Source of the DNA: an uncultured Acidobacteriaceae bacterium
Lineage (GTDB): Bacteria; Acidobacteriota; Terriglobia; Terriglobales; Acidobacteriaceae
Length of the DNA: 64,000 nucleotides
Direction: 5' to 3'
Assembly (NCBI GenBank): GCA_963811095.1
Contig: CAWEQA010000018.1
Span: 581,456 to 645,455 of the forward strand
This document shows, in pieces, positions 9,763 to 20,800 of the stretch; within the stretch, counting starts at the first letter, position 1; each line of letters opens with the position of its first letter. The notes under the pieces are model-generated. The model was not told the origin of the DNA and made no database searches. It was given only the letters and a program-made list of their open reading frames with translations. The position numbers and the translations under genes were made by a program.

Positions 9763-9907
9763 CCCGCTAGAGCATAAACAACTCGCGCACGATTCGAAAC
9801 GAAAATCGAGAAGCAAGCCGCTGATTTCTGACCCTGGATGTCAACGCCCCGTCGTTGGCATCCGGGGCGAGGTACCAGGTCCGAGGCCCGTATAATGGAT
9901 AAACGCC

Positions 9908-11158
9908 ATGCGCCACATCTTCGACATCATCGGGCAGACCTTTCGGGCACTCTGGGCGCACAAACTGCGCTCGTTTCTCACCATGTTCGGCATCGCCTGG
10001 GGAGTAGGTTCCCTGCTGCTGCTCGTCGGTCTGGGCGAAGGCTTCCGGTCCGGCAACCGTAAGCAGTTTGATTCCATCGGCGAAAACGTGATGTTCATCT
10101 GGTCGGGCCGGGCTCCGGTGATGCAAGGAAGTTTCACCGCTCTGCGCCAGTACTATCTCGATTACCGCGATTACGAAGGGATTCTCCGCGAATGCCCCAG
10201 TGTGGGTGCCGCCGCTCCTGTCATCCGGCGCAGTGACATCCGCGCCGTGAGCGATTTCTACCAGGCCAGCGGCAACATCATGGGGGTCCTCCCAATGTTC
10301 AATCAGATCCGCAACCTGCCGCTGAATGAGGGACGCTGGCTGAACGAGATGGACGATCTACAGAGACGTCCAGTGATCGTGCTTGGGGATGAAGCTCGCC
10401 GCACCCTGTTTATGGGACGTCCCTCGGTTGGCGCCACCGTTCTTCTGAACGGAATTCGCTTTGAAGTAATCGGCACACTCAAGCGCATTGGCCATGGGGA
10501 CAACAATACGCAGAATCTTCAGAGCTTTGTTCCGTTTCACGCCATGCAGGACTATTTCCGGCCCCTCAATGCCGGGATCGGTACGAATGTGATCTCTTTC
10601 ATTAACTACCAGCCCCGCTCGCGGGCCCTGCACAACACGGCGCAACAGGAAGTTCACAAGATCATCGCCCGCAACCACGGCTTTGATCCCAAGAATCCGG
10701 ACTCTTTCGACGAGTGGGACACCATCAAGACCGTCGATCAGATCGGCAAGATTTTCGATGCCATGAACATGTTCCTGGGCAGCGTGGGACTGGTCACTCT
10801 CGCGCTGGGCGCAATCGGCATCATTAACATCATGCTCGTAGCGGTGGCTGATCGTACCCGCGAAATCGGACTGCGCAAAGCCGTCGGCGCCACCAATGCC
10901 AGCATCATGTTCCAGTTTTTCGTGGAAGGTGCGTTCTTGACCCTGCTGAGTGGGGGCATCGGCATCGGAGGAGCGGCCGGTCTGATGGCACTCCTGTCCA
11001 GATTTGATCTCGGTGACGGGTTCGATCCGCCCAAATTAGTGGCCTCGACGGCGGCATTGGCGGTGATTTCACTTGGGGTGGCGGGCGTCGCCGCTGGACT
11101 TTATCCTGCCCGGCGAGCTGCCCTGCTCGAGCCTGTGGAGGCCCTCCGCAAGGAATAA
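9908..11158 (+). CDS. MacB/FtsX-family ABC transporter permease (large periplasmic domain)
   Basis: N-terminal TM, then a ~250-aa extracytoplasmic domain, then the FtsX C-terminal block (DRTREIGLRKAVGA...). Confidence 0.85.
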   Translation: MRHIFDIIGQTFRALWAHKLRSFLTMFGIAWGVGSLLLLVGLGEGFRSGNRKQFDSIGENVMFIWSGRAPVMQGSFTALRQYYLDYRDYEGILRECPSVGAAAPVIRRSDIRAVSDFYQASGNIMGVLPMFNQIRNLPLNEGRWLNEMDDLQRRPVIVLGDEARRTLFMGRPSVGATVLLNGIRFEVIGTLKRIGHGDNNTQNLQSFVPFHAMQDYFRPLNAGIGTNVISFINYQPRSRALHNTAQQEVHKIIARNHGFDPKNPDSFDEWDTIKTVDQIGKIFDAMNMFLGSVGLVTLALGAIGIINIMLVAVADRTREIGLRKAVGATNASIMFQFFVEGAFLTLLSGGIGIGGAAGLMALLSRFDLGDGFDPPKLVASTAALAVISLGVAGVAAGLYPARRAALLEPVEALRKE

Positions 11159-11160
11159 GC

Positions 11161-12402
11161 ATGCACCGCGATCTCTTAAAGCAGGCGTACTCGGCCATGC
11201 GGCACGATCTGCGCCGTACTCTGCTCACGATGGCGGGAATGGCCTGGGGCATTGCCACGGTCGTGCTGCTGCTTTCCTATGGCAACGGGTTCGGGAAGGC
11301 CATCGAGACTATCTTCGAGAGCTTTGGGGCAACGGCGGTCGGAATCTTTCCTGGACGTACTTCGCTGCAGGCCGGAGGAAATAAGGCAGGTGTCTCGGTG
11401 CGCTTCACCAATGACGACATTGAGCTTCTGCGCAACAACATACCGCTCTCCCGGCACGTTGTGCGGATGTCACAAAAAGATTCCACCGTTCAGAACAATA
11501 ACCGCTCGTTCACATTTCCCGTGATGGGTCTCGACCCCTCCATTCAGGAAATATGGAATCTCGACATCGCGCAGGGACGATTCCTCAACGATGCGGACAA
11601 CATGCAGCATGGGCTCTATGCCGTGATCGCGTCGGAGGCCCGGGACAAGCTGTTCTCGGGCATGCCAGCAGTCGGCGAATCCATTCGCATCGATGGCGTT
11701 ACGTTTGAAGTGATCGGAGTGGGAGCGCCCCGCATGCAGGAGGGGGACAACGATAACAACCGCGTCGTTTACATCCCCTACAACTCCATGGACGTCCTGA
11801 AGGACAATCACTATCTCGATGGGATCTGGATGGATTCCTCGGGCCTCGACCACGACAAACTCGAGGCCACAATTCGGGGGACGCTCGCCACGGCCCATAG
11901 CTTCAAACCCGACGATCATCGTGCCGTGTTCGTCTTCGATGCCCAAAAGCAGCTTAAGCAGTTCGGCATCATCACGCTGGCCCTGAAGGTTCTGCTGGCT
12001 TTTATTGGGACCGTCACACTGGGAATCGGCGGCGTGGGCCTGATGAACATCATGCTGGTTTCAGTAACGCAGCGTACCCGCGAAATCGGAGTGGAAAAGG
12101 CTCTGGGCGCTCGACGCCACCACATTCTGTTTCAGTTCTTGTCGGAGGCAATGGTCATTACAGCCGCCGGAGGGCTGCTCGGTATTGCGCTGTCGTACGC
12201 GGTATCGATCATGGCGGGACGCATCACTTTCTACAGTGCGATGGCGTCCCACGCTGAGGCCGCGGACATTCGACTGATCGTGTCTCCTATGATCTTGTTG
12301 GTGGCGACTTCCATCCTGGCGGTGGTGGGCGTGATCAGCGGAATGGTTCCCGCCATGCGCGCAGCCAATCTGGATCCCATCGAGGCCTTGCGGTACGAAT
12401 AG
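11161..12402 (+). CDS. MacB/FtsX-family ABC transporter permease, paralogue of the upstream gene
   Basis: Same architecture (QRTREIGVEKALGA...). Starts 3 nt after the upstream stop. Confidence 0.85.
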   Translation: MHRDLLKQAYSAMRHDLRRTLLTMAGMAWGIATVVLLLSYGNGFGKAIETIFESFGATAVGIFPGRTSLQAGGNKAGVSVRFTNDDIELLRNNIPLSRHVVRMSQKDSTVQNNNRSFTFPVMGLDPSIQEIWNLDIAQGRFLNDADNMQHGLYAVIASEARDKLFSGMPAVGESIRIDGVTFEVIGVGAPRMQEGDNDNNRVVYIPYNSMDVLKDNHYLDGIWMDSSGLDHDKLEATIRGTLATAHSFKPDDHRAVFVFDAQKQLKQFGIITLALKVLLAFIGTVTLGIGGVGLMNIMLVSVTQRTREIGVEKALGARRHHILFQFLSEAMVITAAGGLLGIALSYAVSIMAGRITFYSAMASHAEAADIRLIVSPMILLVATSILAVVGVISGMVPAMRAANLDPIEALRYE

Positions 12403-12417
12403 AGTCAATTATTCGCC

Positions 12418-13206
12418 ATGTCTGACGACATCCTTACTCTAGCGCCGCCGCCCGCCGACGCGCGGCTCGCTTATGGATCGGATCCAAATCAGTTTCTCGA
12501 CCTTCGGCTACCTTCTTCGGGAAAGGGCAAGTCGCCATATCCATTAGTCATCAATATCCACGGAGGCTACTGGCGGGCGAAATACAATCTGGATCATGCT
12601 GGGCATCTCTGCGCAGCGCTCACTGCGGAGGGACTGGGCACAGCCAATCTCGAATTCCGGCGAGTGGGCAATGAAGGCGGAGCGTGGCCCGGAACGTTCG
12701 CCGACATCCGTTCGGCCTATCAGTTTCTTGTGCAAAATGCCCAGCGGCATCACTTGGATGCAACAAGAATCGTCGTCATGGGACACTCTGCCGGAGGCCA
12801 ACTCGCGCTCTGCCTCGCCGCTCACGAGACCAGCATTACCCATGTCGTCTCACTGGCCGGGGTGGTTGACTTGCAACGCGCCTACCAACTCCATCTCAGC
12901 AACAACGCGGTGGTAGAGTTTCTGCGCGGCACTCCGGGAGAGGTGCCCGACCATTACCGCGAGGCCAACCCTATGGAACTTTCCATCCCTGGAGCGCGGC
13001 AATGGCTGATTCACGGCGCGTCCGATGACGTCGTGCCCCCTGATTTCAGCCGTGACTACGTTGCATCTAAACAGAAACGGTCTGGCAAGCAGAAGGAAGA
13101 CGTACACCTGCTCGAGATTCCCAGCGCAGACCACTTCGACATAATCGATCCTCGAACGCGGCCGTGGAAGCAGGTTGAGGACACCGTGCTCAAACTTGCC
13201 GCGTAA
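12418..13206 (+). CDS. alpha/beta hydrolase (arylformamidase / esterase-like)
   Basis: HGGYW oxyanion motif and nucleophile elbow GHSAGG. Asp/His candidates lie in HGASDDVV and SADHFD. Confidence 0.75.
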   Translation: MSDDILTLAPPPADARLAYGSDPNQFLDLRLPSSGKGKSPYPLVINIHGGYWRAKYNLDHAGHLCAALTAEGLGTANLEFRRVGNEGGAWPGTFADIRSAYQFLVQNAQRHHLDATRIVVMGHSAGGQLALCLAAHETSITHVVSLAGVVDLQRAYQLHLSNNAVVEFLRGTPGEVPDHYREANPMELSIPGARQWLIHGASDDVVPPDFSRDYVASKQKRSGKQKEDVHLLEIPSADHFDIIDPRTRPWKQVEDTVLKLAA

Positions 13207-13273
13207 CGGCGTGCCGGATCATTGACACTTCCTGCGCCACCTCTTACGATTTTCGGTTCACCAAAATCGTCTT

Positions 13274-15082
13274 ATGCCAATTCTGTCGCGATGTCCTCGC
13301 TCTCTGCTCATCGTCCTGGCTGCCGTTTTGCTCGCTGCCGCGTCGACGCCGATACAGCAGGCGGATCCTGCGCGCTACCTCAACGACATCAAGTCGTTGG
13401 CCTCGCCGGAGATGGAGGGCCGCGGCGCGGGTACCAAGGGCCTGACGCGCGCCGAGCATTTGATTGAGAAGCGCTACAAAGAGCTCGGGATTTCACCTGC
13501 AGGAGTGAATGGGTACGCGCAGCCGTTCACGGTAATCACGGGAGCGCGCCTCAAGTCTGACAACAAATTCGTGGTGCAGACTGGCGAGTCTAAGAACGAC
13601 CTGAAGATCAACCAGGAGTTCGTTCCGTTCAGTTTCTCAGCATCTGGGCAGGTTACGGCATCCCCTGTGTTCGCGGGATATGGCGTCACCGCAGACGAAT
13701 TCCACTATGACGACTATGCCGGCCTCGACGTAAAAGACAGAATCGTCGTCGTCCTGCGCTACGAACCGTCGGGATTCGCGGAGAAGAGCGGTAACCATGG
13801 GCTCACGCAGCACTCGCAGCTAGTTAGCAAAGCCATCAATGCGCACAATCATGGAGCGAAGGCTCTTGTCGTACTAAATGGAAAACTCGGCGATGGCGAA
13901 GAAGACTTGCTCACGCGCTTTGGCAGCGTCAGCGGCCCTGAGAACGTGGGCTTGGTCATGGTGCAAGTGAAGAATGCGGTCGCGGAACTATGGTTTCAAT
14001 CGTCGCGGAAATCCCTGAAAGACATTCAGGACCAAATCAACTCAGCCACGAGGCCCGCGTCTTTTGCTTTCGCCGACACGCTCCATTTGTCGCTCCATAT
14101 CGACATCGAGACCACACGCGCAACGGTCAACAATGTTCTCGCGTGGCTGCCCGGCCAGAGCGATGAATACGTGATCATCGGGGCGCACTACGATCACCTC
14201 GGCCGGGGCAATTTTGATTCCCTCGCGCCGTCGCAGATCGGGCAGATTCATCCTGGGGCCGACGATAACGCCAGCGGAACAGCGGGCGTTCTCGAACTGG
14301 CGCGCCTGCTCGCTCCGCAACGGGGACAACTGAAGCGGAGCATCCTGTTCATGGACTTTGCCGGCGAAGAACTTGGGCTGCTGGGCTCGGGGGCGTGGGT
14401 GCAGAATCCCACGCGCCCGCTCGCGAAGGCCGTGGCCATGATCAATATGGACATGATCGGCCGCATAAAAGGTGACAAGGTTTATATCGGCGGAGTCGGT
14501 ACGGGCTCGACCTTCAAAGCTGTGCTCGAGCAGGCCCAGAAGGACGCACCTTTCAAGATCGAATATTCGGCAAGTGGCTACTCTTCGAGCGACCACACTT
14601 CGTTTGTAACCAAGAAGATTCCATCTCTGTTCTTCTTTTCTGGGTTGCATTCGGATTATCACAAACCGTCCGATACGTGGGACAAGATCAACGCCCCGTC
14701 GGCCGCGCGCCTGCTCGACATGGTCGAGAGTGTCGCAGTGCAATTGGCGAACGCGCCCGACGCCCCAGCATTTCAGATCGTTACCGAAGACAAGCCGGCC
14801 GCTGGCGGTGGCGGCTACGGTCCTTACTTCGGATCGATTCCGGACTTCGGGCAAACGGAAAACGGCGTGAAGTTTTCTGACGTCAAGCCCAACTCTCCCG
14901 CAGCCAAGGCCGGACTGAAGGCGGGAGATATCATGATTCAATTCGGCGACAAGCCCATCAAGAATCTATACGACTTCACCGATGCTCTCCGCCGCAGCAA
15001 AGTGGGAGATGTAGTCGAAGTGAAAGTGCTTCGCGACGGGCAGCCCGTCACAGCCTCGGTGAAGCTCGAACAGCGGAAGTAG
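13274..15082 (+). CDS. secreted M28-family aminopeptidase with PA domain and C-terminal PDZ domain
   Basis: Signal peptide. M28 metal-ligand contexts GAHYDHLG, GADDNASG, AGEELGLLGS and SDHTSF. C-terminal PDZ-like GLKAGDIMIQFGDKPI. Confidence 0.85.
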   Translation: MPILSRCPRSLLIVLAAVLLAAASTPIQQADPARYLNDIKSLASPEMEGRGAGTKGLTRAEHLIEKRYKELGISPAGVNGYAQPFTVITGARLKSDNKFVVQTGESKNDLKINQEFVPFSFSASGQVTASPVFAGYGVTADEFHYDDYAGLDVKDRIVVVLRYEPSGFAEKSGNHGLTQHSQLVSKAINAHNHGAKALVVLNGKLGDGEEDLLTRFGSVSGPENVGLVMVQVKNAVAELWFQSSRKSLKDIQDQINSATRPASFAFADTLHLSLHIDIETTRATVNNVLAWLPGQSDEYVIIGAHYDHLGRGNFDSLAPSQIGQIHPGADDNASGTAGVLELARLLAPQRGQLKRSILFMDFAGEELGLLGSGAWVQNPTRPLAKAVAMINMDMIGRIKGDKVYIGGVGTGSTFKAVLEQAQKDAPFKIEYSASGYSSSDHTSFVTKKIPSLFFFSGLHSDYHKPSDTWDKINAPSAARLLDMVESVAVQLANAPDAPAFQIVTEDKPAAGGGGYGPYFGSIPDFGQTENGVKFSDVKPNSPAAKAGLKAGDIMIQFGDKPIKNLYDFTDALRRSKVGDVVEVKVLRDGQPVTASVKLEQRK

Positions 15083-15160
15083 CGCGAGCAACGCGCTAAG
15101 CCCTGCCGCGCCACCGCACCTGAATCCCTTATAATCGTCGGTCACATAGAGAGGAATCCT

Positions 15161-16723
15161 TTGCCCTTCGACGACCTCCGCCAGTGGATCACAGCGCTTG
15201 ATCGTGCGGGCCAACTGAAGCGTGTCCAGACCGAAGCCGACCCGATTCTTGAGATCGCGGAGATCACGGACCGGGTCTCCAAGAGTCGCGATGCCAAGGG
15301 CGCTCAGGGTGGCCCGGCGCTTCTGTTTCAAAACCTGAAAGGCCACGGCGGATCGCAAGTCTTGATCAATCAGTTCGGCTCCGACGCCCGCATGAAGCTG
15401 GCTCTGGGGGTTAATTCCTTCGATGAGATCGCCGCACGCATTCGCATGTTTATGGATGTGAAATCTCCTCAGGGCTTCCTCGATAAGCTCAAGATGCTTC
15501 CGCTGCTGACTGAAGCAGGCAAGTTTTTCCCCCGCACGGTACCAACTGGGCCTTGCAAAGAAGTGATCAAGCGCGACAATTTTTCACTGCTTGATTTTCC
15601 CATTCTGCAGTGCTGGCCCAAGGACGCGGGACGATTCATCACTCTCCCTTGTGTCACCACGCGCGATCCCAAGTCTGGCAAGCGCAACCTCGGCATGTAC
15701 CGGATGCAAGTCTTCGACGAACGCTCGACTGGAATGCACTGGCAGCGTCAGAAAGTTGCGGCCGAGCACGCGCGCGAACGAATGCGGGCGGCAGTCGCGG
15801 ATAAGTCGGCGGCAGTCGACATCATGGCGCGCTCATCAGGAGGTTCTGTTGTGCCTGAAGGAGATCGGCCCGCCGGGAAGATGGAAGTCGCCGTCGCCAT
15901 CGGTACCGAGCCTGCAGTGACTTTTTCTGCGATCGTTCCCGCGCCACCCGAGATTGAGGAATACCTGATCGCCGGATTCCTCCGCGGAGCACCGGTCGAT
16001 CTGGTCAAGTGTGAAACCGTAGACCTCGAAGTGCCGGCTTCGAGCGAAATCGTGCTCGAAGGCCACGTCCACCTCGACGAACTGCGCAACGAGGGGCCAT
16101 TCGGCGATCACACCGGCTTCTACTCGCTCGAAGATCTCTATCCCGTTTTTCACCTCACCTGCATCACGCACCGCAAAGACCCGATCTACGCGACCACAAT
16201 TGTGGGAAAACCGCCGCAGGAAGACGCCTACATGGGCAAGGCGGTGGAGCGAATCTTTTTGCCGCTGATGAAGCTGACGATCCCGGAGTTGGTCGATATC
16301 AACCTGCCTGTCGAGGGCGTGTTTCACAATCTGATGATCGTCTCGATCAAGAAGTCGTACCCGGGACAGGCGCGCAAGGTCATGAACGCCGTCTGGTCGC
16401 TGGGTCAGGCAATGTTTACTAAGTGCATCGTTGTGGTGGATGAAGACGTCGACGTGCAAGACCTGGCCGATGTCACGCTGAAAGTCCTCAACCACATTGA
16501 TCCCGAGCGCGATATCCAATTCACTCTGGGTCCGGTGGACTCGCTCGACCATGCCGCGCGCCTGCCAAACTATGGATCCAAGATGGGGATCGACGCCACG
16601 CGCAAGTGGGCCAGCGAGGGCTTCGCGCGTCCCTGGCCGGATGAGATCGTGATGGATACGAAAACGAAAGCCCTGGTCGACGGCAAGTGGAAGGTGCTGG
16701 CCAAAGAACTTGGGTTGGAGTGA
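15161..16723 (+). CDS. UbiD-family (prenyl-FMN dependent) decarboxylase
   Basis: 520 aa, UbiD-like throughout (GMYRMQV, GPFGDHTGFYS). TTG start preceded by gagagg. Confidence 0.85.
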   Translation: MPFDDLRQWITALDRAGQLKRVQTEADPILEIAEITDRVSKSRDAKGAQGGPALLFQNLKGHGGSQVLINQFGSDARMKLALGVNSFDEIAARIRMFMDVKSPQGFLDKLKMLPLLTEAGKFFPRTVPTGPCKEVIKRDNFSLLDFPILQCWPKDAGRFITLPCVTTRDPKSGKRNLGMYRMQVFDERSTGMHWQRQKVAAEHARERMRAAVADKSAAVDIMARSSGGSVVPEGDRPAGKMEVAVAIGTEPAVTFSAIVPAPPEIEEYLIAGFLRGAPVDLVKCETVDLEVPASSEIVLEGHVHLDELRNEGPFGDHTGFYSLEDLYPVFHLTCITHRKDPIYATTIVGKPPQEDAYMGKAVERIFLPLMKLTIPELVDINLPVEGVFHNLMIVSIKKSYPGQARKVMNAVWSLGQAMFTKCIVVVDEDVDVQDLADVTLKVLNHIDPERDIQFTLGPVDSLDHAARLPNYGSKMGIDATRKWASEGFARPWPDEIVMDTKTKALVDGKWKVLAKELGLE

Positions 16724-16750
16724 TCCTGTCTTTGCTGTCAGTTCTCGGGC

Positions 16751-17200
16751 TCAATGCTCGAACTTAATCTTCGCCAGCGTTTTCACGACATCGCCGTCCG
16801 CAGCATCGCGCATCTCGATGCGAACAGCGGTTCCCTCGGGGTAACGCTTGGCTTCATCGATCATCTTCAGAATGCGCGCCGAGAGCTTGCTCTTCCGCGC
16901 TGCCGCCACTGCCTTCTCGCCCAGAATCAATGAAGCCAGAAACCACCCCGTGCGAGGACTCAGATACACGATGTTGCGTTTCTTTTTTTGCAGTCGCAGC
17001 GACCACCCGGCCTTGACCGAGTAGCAGTTCCACTCCTCGCCATCCAGTTTCAGATCGCGCTGGAGGTCGGCCACCAGGTCCTGCCACAGGGAGAGGCTCT
17101 CGCCCAGCACCGACGCCAGTTCCCTCTCCGTAGGCTGCGTCGCCTGACCGGCAAACGCATTTTCCGGTATCGTCTTTGTCTTGGTCTTGTACGCAGGCAT
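16751..17200 (-). CDS. conserved hypothetical protein (DUF3788-like)
   Basis: 149-aa ORF convergent with the UbiD gene. The family assignment is from memory only. Confidence 0.55.
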   Translation of the reverse strand: MPAYKTKTKTIPENAFAGQATQPTERELASVLGESLSLWQDLVADLQRDLKLDGEEWNCYSVKAGWSLRLQKKKRNIVYLSPRTGWFLASLILGEKAVAAARKSKLSARILKMIDEAKRYPEGTAVRIEMRDAADGDVVKTLAKIKFEH

Positions 17201-17496
17201 CGTCAGCTCCTAGATCAGAGTCCCAGCCAGTCAGTGTCCAAGTTCAAACAGCGTTCGCACGCCCCACGCCGCGGCAACACCGAACACCGCGATGAAAGCG
17301 CAACCAATGAGATGATCGGTCGTTGATCCTTTGCTCCAGCCCTGGAGCACGGCAACCACTCAAACCACAAACAAAACGATTGCGCCCGTACCAAGCATCT
17401 TGAGGAACATGACCCGATTCCTTCCTTGAGGCCGGATCACAAGGCGAACCTCGAGGCGATACTGCGGGAAAACTCGGACGTGCGCAGTGACGCCGG

Positions 17497-17715
17497 TCAC
17501 GCCTCTAGCTCGGGGTCTGCACTCAACCGCTCATATCCAGCACACTGCAGAACGGGCAATCGGGGATACCTGGGGAACCGAGCGTCGGTTGCGGACCGCT
17601 CGCACAGATAGAAGGTCGACCCGCGGTCGGATTGGATCAATCGCATGAACCGGCAATCGGCACACAGACCGATGCCACCCTGGGGAGATGCGTCCTTCCT
17701 CCGGTTCATGATCAA
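17497..17715 (-). CDS. small Cys-rich (putative metal-binding) protein
   Basis: 72 aa with CADC...C...C spacing. Coding-like GC3. ATG 17709 is an alternative start. Confidence 0.5.
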   Translation of the reverse strand: MIMNRRKDASPQGGIGLCADCRFMRLIQSDRGSTFYLCERSATDARFPRYPRLPVLQCAGYERLSADPELEA

Positions 17716-17894
17716 AGAATAGCGCCTCTGAACAGCAGCAGTGTAACGTGCGGTTGTCGACCCTACGACCAGAAGAATCCTTGCTGCGAACCTGAAAAAT
17801 AATTCATCGAATCTTGACAGACTTTTACACTGGAAACCTTGAACCTCGGTAAGTCGCTCTGCTATAAGGGCACCCCATCACAGGAGGTTCTACC

Positions 17895-20800
17895 GTGCGT
17901 TTCGCTAGCCTCGGTGTCTTCGTGTCTCCTTCGAAGTCCTTGCGGGCCATTCTCGTCATTGCAGCGGCGCTCGCGTTCCTGACTCAGTTCGCCACTGCCC
18001 AACAGACTTTGGGCGCCATCACCGGCACGGTGACTGATCCGTCGGGAGCAGTTGTGACCGACGCCAATGTGAAAGCGGTCAATATCGAGACGAACCTCGA
18101 AGTTGCGGCTCGGACCAAAGCAAACGGCGGTTTCGTGATTCCTGATCTTCCCGCCGGCACCTATCGAGTCATCGTCACGAAGGACGGCTTCAAAACAGAA
18201 ACCCACACGAAAATCCTGGTGTCCGGTAACCGTACGACGACGGTAGATACGTCTCTGGTGGTGGGCTCGCTCAGCGCCACGGTGGAAGTCACCGCCGTGC
18301 CCTTGATGAACCAGGTGGACACCACGATCGGCTATGTCGTCGATACTCAGACCATTGAAACAACCCCGCTGGGCACCGGCAGCTTCACGCAACTGGCAAT
18401 TCTCAGCCCTGGCGTTCATGCGGACTTTCTCGGTGGAGGGGGCGCCAACACCGGCCTTGGCAATCAGGCCATCTTCGCGAACGGAAACCGGGACACCAGC
18501 AATAGCTTTTCCTTGAACGGCGTCAGCACAAACAACCTCTTTAACGGCAATTCCACTAGCCAGGTAGGGGAGAACCGCTTTGTGCTGAACACCGGTGAGA
18601 ACTTCGGTGCAGGGGGTACCATTCAAACGAGCACATCGGTGTATGGGGCGATTGGCCAGGCTCTTCCCACTCCGCCCCCCGATGCCATTCAGGAAATCGC
18701 CGTCAACTCCTCGCAGTACGATGCCACGCAGGGCAACAACAGCGGCGCGCACATTAGCGTACTGACGAAGTCTGGCACGAACGCCCTCCATGGTTCACTG
18801 TGGGAACAGTGGCAGAACAGCGATATGAACGCCACTCCGTATTTCTACAATGCCGCTGGCGTCAACCCCGTCACCAATCGGCCTTATCTGCCTCGTCCGT
18901 TCCTGAATCGAAACGCTTTTGGCGGGACAATCGGCGGGCCGATTATCAAGGACAAGCTGTTCTTCTTTGGGTCCTATCAGGGAGTGCACATTGCCGATGC
19001 GCAGGCTTCCACCAAGGATGTGACGGTGCCTCTGGGGTTAACGGATGACCGCAGTTCGCAGGGCATCATTAACATGATTTCGGCGACGTACGGCCAAACC
19101 ATTACAGCGAGCCAGATTGATAGCGCTGCCTCGCAGATCCTCAATGCCAAACTTTCAAACGGGCAATATCTGGTACCAAGCGCGCAGTACACTCCGACAC
19201 AGGCCGTCACGCTAGGCTACGATGCCGTTGTGCAAGGCTTTAATACGCAAGCCCGCGTCAACCAAGGGATCGCCGGCATCGATTATGTTTTGAGTTCCAA
19301 GGACCGCTTGGCCGCGAGATATTACATTCAGAGTAATCCCACCAACAATCCTTTTGGCGCGGTCGGTTCGCTGCTCGGATTCGCACAACAACTTTCCGCG
19401 GGCAGTCAGGTATTTTCGCTCTCGAACTCCGTCGTGCTCTCCCCTAACCTCACATGGGAACAGCATGTGGGGTTCACCCGCCTGCGAGCTTATGCGAATA
19501 CAACCAAAGACTTCACGGCAAGTTCGGTAGGCATTTCCCTGCCTGGGACGGCAACTTTTCCGGACCTCAGCATTTCCACAACGGACCCTACAATCGGTAA
19601 CGGTTTGGAGTTTGGCCCCAGCACGAGCTTTGGGGACGGTGGCATGTTTCAGAATCAATGGGAGTACGGGACCTCCGCGAGTTGGGTGAAAGGAAAGCAT
19701 GTCTTGAGTGTGGGGACAACGTGGGACCACACTCAGCTCAACATCCTCAATAACAACACAAATACCGATACGGTTTACTCCCAGACCTTCCTTGACTTTG
19801 TAGAAGGTACCTTGCACGGCGGCAATGAGTTCGTTGGCTCGGCTCACCGGTACTACCGCTCCAATACTCTCGGCACCTACATCAACGACAACTTCAAGAT
19901 GAGGAAAAACCTCACGGTAACTGCCGGCTTGCGTTGGGACATCGACGGTCCGCTGACTGAGAAATACGGCCTGCTTACAGGTTTTGACCCCTCTAAATAC
20001 AGTTATGCGCAATGCACCGTCAATGGAGTTCCGGCAGACCCGGCTTTGACGTGGTACAACTACGGCAGTTGCGACACAGGGACTGACGTAATAACCGGCT
20101 CGGGTCTATTAATCGCTGGGAATAACAAGACTGGCGCCACGCCAGGAGCCAGCAACTCGCTGATGAAAAACCATCAATGGGGCTTCGCGCCCCGCATCGG
20201 CATCGCGTGGGCTCCAACGCTTAAGCTCACCGTGCGCGCAGGGTACGGCATGTACTTCGACCGCGGCGAGTTCTTCAGCTACTTGTCACCGAGCGCGGGG
20301 TCCGGATTCAACGGCCCATTCGGCGTCACGCTGGCGCCTCCGTTTGTCCAACCGATCTCAATCGCGCAGGGTGCCACACTCGATCAGCCGTTCGGCACGA
20401 CTCTGCCACCACCGCCGCCAGCCACGGGGGCGGCCTTCCTCTCCTACCTGCCGAACCTTCAGCAGACTGCTTGCGGGTTTCCGGGTTGCTGGCCGACCGG
20501 CAATCTTTATGGTCCTTTCCTGTATGGCGGTTACGATATCAACAACAAACTGCCCTACACTCAGAACTGGACACTCGACCTGCAATATCAGGCAAGCAAC
20601 AACTGGATCTTCGAAGTCGGGTATGTCGGCAATCACGGCACCCATTTGGTGCTGCCCATCCCCTTCAACCAACCACTCATCGCCACACCGACGAACGTGG
20701 TCAACGGGCAGGCTAGTTCCTACGGAGGTACCACTCCGCTGTTTCTGGATAGCGAGCCCATCTATACGAACGAATTCGCGGGCAATGCACCGATTCGCGT

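Noticed and set aside
17231-17410. 59-codon two-TM ORF (MFLKMLGTGAIVLFVV*VVAVLQGW...) with an in-frame TGA at 17360..17362, considered as a selenoprotein or readthrough gene.
   Set aside because: There is no SECIS-like hairpin and it is too short to judge coding potential. It could equally be a 42-codon GTG-initiated ORF or non-coding.
17862-20012. Long ORFs antisense to real genes. Examples are 17862..18791, 19212..20012, 8572..9624, 35116..36219, 37337..38488, 40751..41614, 54629..55642, 56174..57340 and 60040..60912.
   Set aside because: They lie opposite ORFs with clear family motifs, their translations are low-complexity and Arg/Gly/Pro-rich, and such shadow ORFs are expected in GC-rich DNA.
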